The position numbers and the translations under genes were made by a program. A stretch of DNA of 63,863 nt, counting the filler, from Octopus bimaculoides (taxonomy: Eukaryota): assembly GCF_001194135.2 (NCBI RefSeq). It is 8 parts of 8 records of this genome, joined end to end, with 100 filler letters (N's around TTAATTAATTAA, not from the genome) between each part and the next. Parts side by side here need not be neighbours in the genome. Positions count along the whole stretch, not along the records: positions 37,379 to 43,619 come from NC_068986.1; positions 43,720 to 46,691 come from NC_068988.1; positions 46,792 to 59,058 come from NC_068981.1; 5 more parts are not named here. The stretch is one strand, 5' to 3'. Position 1 is the stretch's first letter; every line of letters begins with the position of its first letter. The notes below the pieces were generated by a model. The model was given only the letters and a program-made list of their open reading frames with translations, made no database searches and had not been told where the DNA came from. Below are positions 38,847 through 49,985 of this stretch, piece after piece.

Positions 38847-39253
38847 TGTTTCTTATAACATTCAGGAGATCACAAAATTTAGCTGGCAGTTTGCAATGAG
38901 ATCTTGTCAACATTCCATAAATCAAATGCAGAATTTGCCTGTGATTACCAGAGAAACGTATCACTCCGTTAGTTGGTTGTCCAGGGTCTCTTCTGTACCT
39001 GGTATTGAGCATCAACTAAACTGAATGCAGCTGCATCATCTATAAACACAGTGTCGTTGATAACAGCTGTTTCTTTGGCTTGACATTTTAGTTGTTATAA
39101 CTGCTAATGTTAGCTATCTCCTTATAGCATGTTATTCTTCTTCTTATCAAATATCGTATGTGTTTTGTTTTTTTCTCTTTCCTAGGTAGACCGTTCCAAT
39201 TGCCTTCTTCCTGGCCCTTCAATAAGGTATAAATCCAGGATAGTTTTTTTAGT

Positions 39254-39268
39254 CTTCCGGTGACGTCA
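39254..39268. promoter_or_regulatory. Adjacent ETS (CCGGAAG, minus strand) and full CRE (TGACGTCA) motifs
   Basis: cttccggtgacgtca in unique, relatively CpG-rich sequence. Confidence 0.4.
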
Positions 39269-39577
39269 GGATCTGCGTAACTGAGCAGACAGCATCCGAG
39301 CAGCCGTCATTGCGTTTCATATCTGAAATCAACAGGTGGCCATATTTCCCCACAAATGTTACACCAAGCTAAAGCATATCGACCGCAGCATCGTCTGTAG
39401 CTTTCATTATAACCTAAATTCTATACATATTTCCCGGTACCCTAGTGTCAGCCGGTGTCCTGCTCAGTAAATCTCGGTCACATTGACGATGGTTACGTCC
39501 AACCACTGATATGAGAGCATATGAATATATCAAATAAACAGAGGCGAATCAGTTACCTCTTCCATATTTTTTTATGA

Positions 39578-40000
39578 AGGCGGCGAGCTGGCAGAAACGT
39601 TAGCACGCCGGGCGAAATGCTTAGCGGTATTTCGTCTGCCGCTACGTTCTGAGTTCAAATTCCAACGAGATCGACTTTGCCTTTTACCCTTTCGGGGTCG
39701 ATTAAATAAGTACCAGTTATGCACTGAGATCGATGTAATCGACTTAATCCGTTTACTTGTCCTTGTTTGTCCCCTCTGAGTGTAGCCCCTTGTGGGCAGT
39801 AAAGAAATAAGAAACGTTAGTACGCTGGGCGAAATGTTTAGCGGTATTTCTTCTGTCTTTATGTTCTGAGTCCAAATTCCGCCGAGGTCGACTTACCTAT
39901 TATCCTTTCGGGGTTGATGAATTAAGTACCAGTTGCGCGCTGGGGTCGATCTAATCGGCTATCACCACCTTCTCCCCAAAATTCAGGCCTTGTCTCTAGA
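39578..40000 (+). mobile_element. Two tandem SINE family B copies
   Basis: aggcggcgagctggcagaaacgttagcacgccgggcgaaatgc at 39578; second copy from about 39812. Confidence 0.9.
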
Positions 40001-40021
40001 TTAGAAAAAAATATTTAATAT

Positions 40022-40265
40022 TAGGCGTTGGAGTGACTCTGTGGTAAGTAGCTTGCTTACGAACCACATTGTCTCGTGTTCAGTCCCACTGCGTGGCACC
40101 TTGGGCAATTGTCTTCTACTATAGCCTCTGGCCGTCCAAAGCCTTGTGAGTGAATTTGGTAGACGGAAACTGAAAGAAGTCCGTCGTATATATCTATATA
40201 TTAAAGGCGGTGCTCCAGCATGGCCACACTCAAATGACTGAAACAAGGAAAAGAGTAAAAGAGAT
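40022..40265 (+). mobile_element. Internally deleted SINE family A
   Basis: Head joined directly to the tail ggcggtgctccagcatggcc...gaaacaagg. Confidence 0.85.
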
Positions 40266-40276
40266 ATATTGGAAGT

Positions 40277-40480
40277 TGGCGAGCTGGCATAAACGTGAGC
40301 ACGCCGGGCGAAATGCTTAGTGGTATTTCGTCTGTCTTTACGTTCTTAGATCAAATTCCGCCGAGGTCGATTTTGCTTTTCATCCTATCGGAGTCGGTAA
40401 ATTAAGTACCAGTTGCGTACTGGGTCGATCAAATTGACTGGGCCCCTCCCCTAAAATTTCGGGCATTGGGCCTGGAGTAG
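40277..40480 (+). mobile_element. SINE family B
   Basis: ggcgagctggcataaacgtgagcacgccgggcg...taaattaagtaccag. Confidence 0.88.
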
Positions 40481-41105
40481 AAAATAATATTTCTTGATGA
40501 ATTCATTTTTGCAAGGACGCATGTCTCTCCTTTATGTCTGTTTCCTAACGATAGAAATGTTTGTATACAGCTGTTTTCGATATTAACGTTATTAAAGTCA
40601 TGATTGTCTGGGATTTCTTTTTCCTTTTGATAAAAAAAAAAATTTTTAAATATGTTTTTTGAAACTTTGCAACGAATTTTTTTCGTTAAATTGTTTTTTA
40701 TTATTTTCTGCCTTTTTCTTTTGAACCTGTTTATATTTCATTTTATGTTTCCAAATATTCTTGGGAGCATATATTCTGCTACCACGTCTGCAGTTTCAGT
40801 ATGGCTTCTTCCCTAGACGAAGCCATGTTGAAACTCTCCTGAGCAATATTTTGCTAAAATATAAAAATATATCAAATGTTCCATACAGACATCTTCTTCA
40901 ATTCCACATTAGTGGCGCTTCATGTCGGGAAGTTTTCTATTGGCAAATACAATTTTCATCATATTACCTAGAAACTCTAATTTACCTCCCAGCTATATTG
41001 AAAAAATCCGTTCAACGCACAAAAGAACTATATCAACAGCAATAGAAATGAGGATGATGATGATAATGGTGGTGGTGGTGGTGATAGTGTTGATGGTGTT
41101 GATGG

Positions 41106-41144
<39 letters not shown>

Positions 41145-41189
41145 CGATGATGATGATGATGATGATGATGATGGTGATGGTGGTGGTGG

Positions 41190-41221
<32 letters not shown>

Positions 41222-41248
41222 GTGATGGTGGTGGTGGTGATGATGATG

Positions 41249-41298
<50 letters not shown>

Positions 41299-41339
41299 AA
41301 TGATGATGATGATGGTGATGATGATGGTGATGGTGGTGG

Positions 41340-41373
<34 letters not shown>

Positions 41374-42493
41374 CTTGTTGATGATGAGGAGGATAATTAA
41401 TATGAAATTGATGATGAGGATAATGATGATCATAACAATGATGATGATAGCTATTTATCACTGAGGGCGTCTAATGAAAGAACTACAATTTATAATTTAT
41501 GGAGACTTAAGTAATATTGAGTGAAGGCGAAAATATGAAGAGACGTGAGATAAAAATATATGTAGTCTACAATTTATGAATATATAGACGATATGGTCCT
41601 ACTGATACAGTCCTTGGAATAAAGGCGAGACTCCAGCTGCGGCATTTCAAGAAACCCCAAAGACCAATGGCAATTTAAACGTAAATATCACATATCGTCA
41701 CATAACTGTTGGTCTTCAATCTGCAGGAACATGCGTGGGGAAATCCGATTTACACTAACCACTTTTTGTGAAGTCACCCAGTTTTTCAATAATATACATA
41801 TGGAGACTGCTTCTCTCTCCTTTATCACTTTCCTTCCAATGTAGAGTTTGAACTAGAATCGATAAGTTCTTTAACGTAAATGACGCTGCCTATTCTAGAT
41901 TATTAATTCTGCCACGTCCAGCAATTATTTTTCTTTTTTTTTTTTTTCCACCATAGACACTAAACTAATTAAAGCGACAGAATCAGTTGTCTTCAAGGAA
42001 GTTAGTAATTTAATTTTCTTAATATAATATATTTATAACCGCTTTAAATATGAAAACACGTTTGACATAATTCCAGGTATCAGTAATGCTCAGAAAGTTC
42101 TCAAACAAGATTCAAATCCGTTCAGCAAGGATCCGGCTCTTTTGTTTATCTTAATATTTTAAATGATGAAGTTGAGGATACAAAAAACGAAAAAAAAACC
42201 CAAGAAACAAGAAAGAATCCTTCAATTACTTATATGTCCAGGAAGATAGCTTCAATATGGTACACGTATTTCCGGTTCATCGTAGTCTTACTCCCTCATA
42301 TCTTATATATTATCTAACTGTATATCACAGACCTAATTAGATAATCATTTCCAATGCAGTATTACCTTATTCATCACATTACAATCAAAGCATTGGTAAG
42401 GTAATTGGACCTGCATAACATCACATGAATACATATGTGTGTGCGTGCATGTGTGTATGTAGGCATGTGTGTGTATGTATGTATATATATATG

Positions 42494-43069
42494 CCGTGAA
42501 GAATATTTGCCACCTAAATGTGGTTGACCCATAGGGAGTCGATGCTACTGTTGTTTATAGCGACAGGAAGTCTCCTGCAGCAGTAGCATCGTCCCCTATG
42601 GGTCTGCCACAATTTAGGTGGCAAATATACTTCGCGATTCGGTGGTGCTACTGCTTAATTCTCGCTCAGAGATTTATTATTGCTTGATACTCCTTTTTCG
42701 AGTTCAGCGACAGCTTGTCACTGGAAAAAGCATATAGCATTTTGTGTTTGGAATGAGTTCTCATCGCTGGCTCATGATTATCACACACTGATAACGAGTT
42801 ACTACCCAGAAACCCGAGTCTGTGTGTATCACGTAAGGCTAGAGATAAGAACGACGATTTCCCTTCGCAAATACTAATCGGACACAGACAGTGTGTCGTT
42901 ATCCAGCTGGAAAATATGTCTTCCTGGGGCTATAAACAACAGCAGCATCGTTCTTATGGATCCACCACATTTAGGTGGCATATATACTTCACGATTCCGT
43001 GCCGCTACTGTTTACTTCTCGCTCAGTGATTTACTATTGCTATATATATATATGTGGTTGACCCATAGG
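42494..43069. mobile_element. Second, more diverged HH1 locus: short inverted arm plus ~1.3 direct monomers (357-bp period)
   Basis: ttaggtggca.atatacttc at 42618 and 42975; 42494-42551 folds back on about 42576-42634; (TA)n on both sides. Confidence 0.8.
42775..42831 (+). ncRNA. Diverged type I hammerhead motif (HH1), probably inactive
   Basis: cacaca CTGATAA cgagttactaccca GAAA c-ccga-g TC tgtgtg; G8 mutated to A, stem I compensated. Confidence 0.65.
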
Positions 43070-43410
43070 CGTAGGAGTGGCTGTGTCGTAAGTAGCCTGC
43101 TTAACAACCACATGGTTGCGGGTTAAGTCCCACTGCTAGACACATTCGGAAGCTGTTTTCTACTATAGCCTCCGGCAGACCAAATCCTTGTGAGTGGATT
43201 TGGTAGATGGAAACTGAAAGAAACCCGTCGTATATATGTATATGTATATGTGTGTATATGTTTGCGTGTCTGTGTTTGTCCCCTCAACATCAATTGAAAA
43301 CCGATACTGGTATGTTTACGTCTCCGTGACTTAGTGATTCGGCAAAAGAGACCGATAGAATAAGCACTTGGCTTACAAATAATAAGTCCTGGGGTTGATT
43401 TGCTCGAGCA
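43067..43410 (+). mobile_element. SINE family A, nearly full length
   Basis: aggcgtaggagtggctgtg...gtcctggggttgatttgctcg. Confidence 0.88.
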
Positions 43411-43754
43411 AAGACGATCCTATATATTGTATAAAGGATCGTGGGTAAGTTCAAAACAATGCGAAGAAAATGCCAGGTAATCACAAGAAAACAAATATAT
43501 GAATTAATGTAGACTTATATTGCATTCAAGGTATTGTTTTAGCCTTACACACGATCCTTTATGCAATATATTCTATATTCTACACAATGCTTCAAGGTAA
43601 TTATTCAACATACGTATATNNNNNNNNNNNNNNNNNNNNNNNNNNNNNNNNNNNNNNNNNNNNTTAATTAATTAANNNNNNNNNNNNNNNNNNNNNNNNN
43701 NNNNNNNNNNNNNNNNNNNGTATCTTTGTGCAGCTGAAGATTACTCTGCATTTT

Positions 43755-43965
43755 ACATTCAATGGCACGTGTAAAGACATTCGAGCGAGATCGTTGCCAG
43801 TGCCGCTGGACTGGCTCCTGTGCAGGTGGCACGTAAAAGCACTCACTACACTCTTGGAGTGGTTGGCATTAGGAAGGGCATCTGGCTGTAGAAACTGTGC
43901 CAAATCAGATTGGAGCCTGATGTAGCCATCCGGTTTCACCAGTCCTCAGTCAATGATGATGTAAT
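43755..43965 (+). mobile_element. RTE LINE 3' UTR fragment (family D)
   Basis: ggttggcattaggaagggcatc...gtagaaac...ccagtcctcagtcaa followed by (GAT)n. Confidence 0.85.
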
Positions 43966-44799
43966 GCTCACATTGCTTAAATAAATGGAGTCGCATGAAA
44001 CGATCGTACTGCATTAACCTGGAATATCCTTGTTGCTTATTTTGATATATATATATATATATGTGAATGCATATATATGCATGCACAAATTCATGTATAT
44101 ATGCATGCATACACATAGTTATGCATATATGTATGTATGTATGTGTGTATATCTATTTGTTTGTGTGTTTGTGTCTCTGTCTGTGTATGCATGTACATAT
44201 ATCTATATGTATGCATTATATAAATTCACTGCAGTTTCTGTTCTATTCCCCACCTCCACTTTCTTTTCTCCCCACCTTTTAATACAAGCAAACAAACACT
44301 TGCTTTACACACATCGCAGCATAACCCTTCACCTACTCTCCACCCCATTGCTCTCATCAACTAATTAATTAGCTGAAAGACATCAAATTCTACAACTGGG
44401 CATTGTCATTTGTCCATCCCCAAAATTCTTCACCAAGTAACAGCTTATTAGGCCTCCAGTGTATTCTCTGTAAATAATAATTCTTATGCACTATGCACTA
44501 ATGAATCTGATTTTCACTAGCAGATGTTCATGGTTGCTCTACTGCTTTACCCCCCACCATTCTTTGCATGTCACCCCACTGACTGACAAAATAGACTTAG
44601 CCACTTCATATACATACATACATACATACATACATATAGACACATACATGCATACGTACATATATATACACACACACACACACACATATATATACACATA
44701 TATACATAAATATACACATATATGCATAAATATATATGTATGCATATATGTGTATGTATATATATATATACTTACACATATATATGCATATATGTGTAA

Positions 44800-44850
<51 letters not shown>

Positions 44851-44924
44851 TATGTGTGTAAGTATATATATACATACATGGATATATATATATATATGTA
44901 TGCACAGTTTCTTACTTCTTTATT

Positions 44925-45144
44925 GCTCACAGGGGGCTAAACATAGAGGAGACAAACAAGGACAGTCAAAGGGATTAAGTCGATTAGATCGACCCCAGTG
45001 CATAACTGGTACTTAATTTAGCAACCCCAAAAGGATGAAAAGCAAAGTCAACCTCGGTGGAATTTGAACTCAGAATGTATTGGCAGACCAAATACCGCTA
45101 AGCATTTCACCCGGTGTGCTAACGTTTCTGCCAGCTCGCTACCT
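44925..45144 (-). mobile_element. SINE family B
   Basis: Minus-strand head aggtagcgagctggcagaaacgttagcac at 45144. Confidence 0.88.
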
Positions 45145-45150
45145 TTTGAA

Positions 45151-45301
45151 TTGACTGGACGGGACCCCGGGACAATGAGATCCTGGGGCTGCAATGTGCA
45201 TTTGAGGTGTCGATGTTCACTGAGTCCTACAATTTGCATTAGTTCACACGGATAGCCGCGCTCTTCATCGATGGACAAACTGAGTGATCCCACGTCCAGT
45301 T
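45151..45301 (-). pseudogene. 5.8S rRNA pseudogene, near full length and decayed
   Basis: Minus strand retains 5.8S landmarks in order: GGATCACTC, TCGATGAAGAGCGC, GAACTAATG, AATTGTAGGAC, TGAACATCGACAC, GCACATTGCAGCCCCAGG...CCCGGGG; many differences are CpG-type transitions. Confidence 0.88.
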
Positions 45302-45396
45302 CTGTCTCCCACGGTTTCTGTCTCCCAAATTCACTCAGAAGACATTGGTCAGTCTGGGGCTATCCTAGAAAACCCCTGTCCCAAGGTACCTTGCAC
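45302..45396 (-). mobile_element. Family-A-like SINE CORE segment directly upstream of the 5.8S copy
   Basis: gtaccttgggacaggggttttctaggatagcccc...gaccaatgtcttctgagtgaatttgggagacagaaac parallels family A ggcaccttgggcaagtgtcttctactatagcc...gaccaaagccttgtgagtggatttggtagacggaaac. Confidence 0.7.
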
Positions 45397-45430
45397 ACTT
45401 TCTTACGTACCTTATTAATCTGCCCTCTTG

Positions 45431-45905
45431 TGGAGGCATGTGGCTTAGTGGTTAAGTTGTTGGACCCATGATGGTAAGATTGTGATTTCGATTCCTGGAC
45501 TGGCCGATACGGTGTGCTCTTGAGCAAAACACTTCGTTTTTTTGTTGCACCAGTCCACTCAGCTGGCAAAAATGAGTAACCCTGTGATGACCAGTGTCCG
45601 GTCCAGGTGGAGAATTTATATGGTATGGAATCTGAGAAATCGGCCCTTATGAGTGAGCATGACTCAAGAAGGTAACCTTTACTTACTTTACTCATGATAG
45701 CAACATTGAGGTTTCAATTCCTGGTCTGGGCGATGTGCTGTGCTCTTGAGCAAAACACTTCATTTCTTTGTTGCTCTAGTGCATCCAGCTGGGAAAAGTG
45801 AGTAACCCTGCGATGGACTGGCGTCCCATCCAGGTGGAGAAAATACGCACCATGGAAACCAGGAAACCGGCCCCGTGATTCTGTATGACTCAGGGAGGAC
45901 CTTTA
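45431..45905 (+). mobile_element. Two tandem CORE-like SINEs (family G) with a V-SINE-like 3' segment
   Basis: ggaggcatgtggcttagtgg...tgtgctcttgagcaaaacactt...cctgcgatggactggcgtcccatccagg. Confidence 0.7.
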
Positions 45906-46340
45906 TCCTATCCTAAGCATAGAACATGGACATTAAATGATGGTGATGATGATGATGATGATATGTGTATGTATCTAAATGTCACCAAATTAATGATGGA
46001 TAAAACTACATGTATGCATATATATATGCTTGTGCGTACAAAATAAAGATAGAGAAAGAGCCAGAGAAGGAGAGAAAGGGTGGAGGTTGGAAAATGATTT
46101 ATCATAGTCTGGTCACATTTGCTATTCATTGTTCTCATTGTAGATTATCTTTGTAAATTAATCCTCCCACTAATTTAATCTCTTTTATAGTTTATAACAG
46201 ATACATCAAACTATGTTTTCCGTTTGATGTTCCCAGCTAATTGACAAGTCTCACTGGCTGGCACAAGGTCATCAGTGTAATCAATAGAATAATTACTGCA
46301 AAATGAAAAATATGATACCATTGTTTACTGATGTTCTTGG

Positions 46341-46590
46341 GTGGTGGCGCAATGGCCCAGTTGTTAGGGTAGCGGACTCGCGATTGTAGGATTGCGGTTT
46401 CGATTCCCAGACTGGGCATTGTGAGTGTTTATTGAGCAAAAACACATAAAGCTCTGTGAGGCTCCAGTAGTGGGTGGAGGTGAACCCTACTGTGATCTTC
46501 CTCTCTCTATTTCTTCCTCTTTCTGTTGTACCTGTATTTCAAAGGACCGGCCTTGTCACACTCTTTGCCACGTTGAATCTCCCCGAGAAC
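46341..46590 (+). mobile_element. SINE family C 5' part, followed by family A tail pieces either side of the gap (to about 47025)
   Basis: ggtggcgcaatggcccagttgttagggtagcggactcg. Confidence 0.85.
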
Positions 46591-47149
46591 TATGTTGCAG
46601 CACCGCCTTTAGTCGAGCAAGTCGACCCCAGGACTTATTCTTTGTAAGCCTAGTACTTCTTGTATCAGTCTCTTTTGCCAAACTGTTAATGNNNNNNNNN
46701 NNNNNNNNNNNNNNNNNNNNNNNNNNNNNNNNNNNTTAATTAATTAANNNNNNNNNNNNNNNNNNNNNNNNNNNNNNNNNNNNNNNNNNNNCTATGTGTG
46801 TCTTTGTGTCTGTGTTTGTCCCCACATCATCTAGTGTAACAATTAATGATGTTGGTATGTTTATGTCCCCATAACTAAGTGGTTTGGCAAAAGAGTATGA
46901 TAGAATAAATACAGGCTTTAAAAAATTTAAGTCCTGAGGTCAATTTGTTTGACCAAAACCCTTCAAGGTAGTGCTCCAGCATGGCCACATTCAAATGACT
47001 GAAACTAGTAAAAGAATAAAAGAATATTACAATAACATTAACTCCAGCAGGGGATGGATATAAGGTATTGAGATAAGTAACTCCAAGCTATGTAGTATTA
47101 TATAAAATTTAGTAATTTGCCATTTCTGCCTCTGTTCTGAGTATGTTAC

Positions 47150-47400
47150 TTGTATGATTTGGAAGCTTCAGCTCAGACTGTTTGGTCATATTGTTTGATT
47201 TTCTGAGTAGGGTTCTGCATGCCATGCTTTCTTTTCTGAGGATCTGGTTGGGGTTGGCTGGTCACATGACTCATGGCCACATCCGTAGAGAAAGTATCTT
47301 GTGGACATGGGAACTGACTGGGACACTATTGAGAGGATTGCCAGGGATGACCCAAGAAAGTATCGATGATGTCTTTACAGAGGATCACTTCCATGGAGTA
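47150..47400 (+). mobile_element. Highly decayed RTE-clade ORF2 C-terminus
   Basis: WKLQLRLFGHIV...IARDDPRKYR resembles the RTE R..GH.R...DR..W region. Confidence 0.45.
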
Positions 47401-48963
47401 AAGAATGACTATAAGAGGAATCGAGTTGAGCAGATATAGAAGTAAGTATGTGAATAAACAAATGAAGTATATTAAATGTAACAGTTTGGGTATGAAATAC
47501 AAAATATGTATATATGTGGAAAAGCAAAATGAGAGAAAGCAAAAACTGGAGACTTTCAGACGATGAATATTTAAGTATAAATATATAAACTTATAGCTGA
47601 AGGATTAAAATTAATTGAAGGACATATTAAGTATGTCTACCTGCTGGAAATAACAGTCAAAACTCTTATCTGAATCGCCAAAAATACACTGATAATAACT
47701 ACAGAAGTCAACCGTCTGAGGGCAGACAGTCTCTCAGCATACATTCATGTATTTGGACTCACGTGGACCAGTTTATGGACTGGCATTATAGCCTCACCTT
47801 TCTCAGCATGCGTTACCATGATGGAGAACACCAAGATGTCATATTGAAGTCTGTACTGCAACTGACTCATTTTGCACAGGTAGACATAGTTAGTATGTTC
47901 TTTGATTAATTTTAATCCTTCAGCTATTTAATGCTTTTTTGGGGCCTGCAATTGCCTATATTATTGATTTTGTTATTATCATTTCTAATTGTTACACTAG
48001 ATAATAATAGAGTCAATAATATCTTCGCAAATATTTTCTCCTGAATTATTTGCTCTGTATAGAAACTTATATTAATAGATCCAAATTATACAGAGTACAA
48101 ATGATGGAGAAAATTAAATGGGAGGGAGAAAGGTGTTAGTTCTGGGGGCTCAGAGATCAATCATAATATTGGTAGATTTAGTTCATCACAATATGTGTTC
48201 GTAATGGAAGCAATCAACATTAGATAAGACAATCCTCCATTATCTGGGTAGATCAGATCTTACTTTTCAGATTTTAATGCTGAGAAGTTCAAAGATGGAA
48301 TGATTAAATATGGAGAGCTAGCCGTATTAGAGGGGGCAAGTAGGTGGGGGTCGTTTGTACTCTGTGTAAGTTGGATCTATTAACATAAGTATCTGTATAT
48401 TTATGCTTAAATATTCATTTTTGCTTTCTCTCGTTTTGCTTGTATACATGTATACATATTTTGTACTTCATATCCAAACTGTTATATTTAATATATCTAA
48501 TTTGTTTATCTGCATAACTGCTTCTTTCTCTCTCTCTCTATCTCTGTCTCTCTCTCTCTATCTCTGTCTCTCTCTCTCCTTCTCTCTTTCTCTCTCTCTC
48601 TCTCTCACTGTGTATATATNNNNNNNNNNNNNNNNNNNNNNNNNNNNNNNNNNNNNNNNNNNNNNNNNNNNNNNNNNNNNNNNNNNNNNNNNNNNNNNNN
48701 NNNNNNNNNNNNNNNNNNNNNNNNNNNNNNNNNNNNNNNNNNNNNNNNNNNNNNNNNNNNNNNNNNNNNNNNNNNNNNNNNNNNNNNNNNNNNNNNNNNN
48801 NNNNNNNNNNNNNNNNNNNNNNNNNNNNNNNNNNNNNNNNNNNNNNNNNNNNNNNNNNNNNNNNNNNNNNNNNNNNNNNNNNNNNNNNNNNNNNNNNNNN
48901 NNNNNNNNNNNNNNNNNNNNNNNNNNNNNNNNNNNNNNNNNNNNNNNNNNNNNNNNNNNNNNN

Positions 48964-49023
<60 letters not shown>

Positions 49024-49039
49024 TGTGTGTATGTGTGCC

Positions 49040-49260
49040 ACATAAAAAGCAACCAGCATACTCTGTGGAGTGGATGGCATTAGGAAGGGCATCCAGCTGT
49101 AGAAACCATGCCAGAACAGACTATGAAACCTGGTGGAGCCCCTGGACTTACCAACTCCACTCAAACCATCCAACCCATGCCAGCATAGAAAATAGACGTT
49201 AAATGATGATGATGATGATGATGATGAAGATGATGATGATGAGAATGATGGTGATGATGA
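49040..49260 (+). mobile_element. RTE LINE 3' end (family D) with (GAT)n tail
   Basis: ggcattaggaagggcatccagctgtagaaac...caacccatgccagcat...gacgttaaatgatgatg. Confidence 0.85.
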
Positions 49261-49680
49261 TGATGATGTTTATGATGATGAATGATGATGATGACGATGA
49301 TGATGATGATATATGATTACAACATTGAAGACTCAAGTCAGCCCTTGAGTAATGCACAAAGATTATAAACTTCACTTAAACATTTATTGTTTGTAATATG
49401 GTATAAAAACATTTTGTCATTCAAATCTGACTAAATTGAGCTGCATATATATATANNNNNNNNNNNNNNNNNNNNNNNNNNNNNNNNNNNNNNNNNNNNN
49501 NNNNNNNNNNNNNNNNNNNNNNNNNNNNNNNNNNNNNNNNNNNNNNNNNNNNNNNNNNNNNNNNNNNNNNNNNNNNNNNNNNNNNNNNNNNNNNNNNNNN
49601 NNNNNNNNNNNNNNNNNNNNNNNNNNNNNNNNNNNNNNNNNNNNNNNNNNNNNNNNNNNNNNNNNNNNNNNNNNNNNNNN

Positions 49681-49980
49681 ACCAAAGCCTTGTGAGTGGA
49701 TTTGGTAGACGGAAACTGAAAGAAGCCCGTCGTATATATGTATATGTATATATAGATGTGTGTGTTTGTGTGTCTGTGTTTGTCCCCCTAGCATTGCTTG
49801 ACAACCGATGCTGGTGTGTTTATGTCCCCGTCACTTAGCGGTTCGGCAAAAAAAAAAACCGATAGAATAAGTACTAGGCTTACAAAGAATAAGTCCTGGG
49901 GTCGATTTGCTCGACTAAAGGCGGTGCTCCAGCATGGCCGCAGTCAAATGACTGAAACAAGTGAAACAGTGAAACAGTGA
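49681..49980 (+). mobile_element. SINE family A 3' two-thirds
   Basis: High identity to the family A consensus. Confidence 0.92.
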
Positions 49981-49985
49981 AACAT

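Noticed and set aside
38752-39043. Minus-strand two-exon model MLNTR/QILHLIYG...RNK
   Set aside because: The downstream donor is simply the start of a SINE head at 38846, and the intron would be only 60 nt.
42695-42832. Plus-strand exon candidate ending cac/gtaagg
   Set aside because: Lies wholly within the HH1 repeat unit and overlaps the hammerhead, which explains the sequence better.
46341-46420. tRNA-like sequence (also 8940-9015, 14640-14707)
   Set aside because: Continues directly into SINE body; it is a SINE head, not a tRNA gene.
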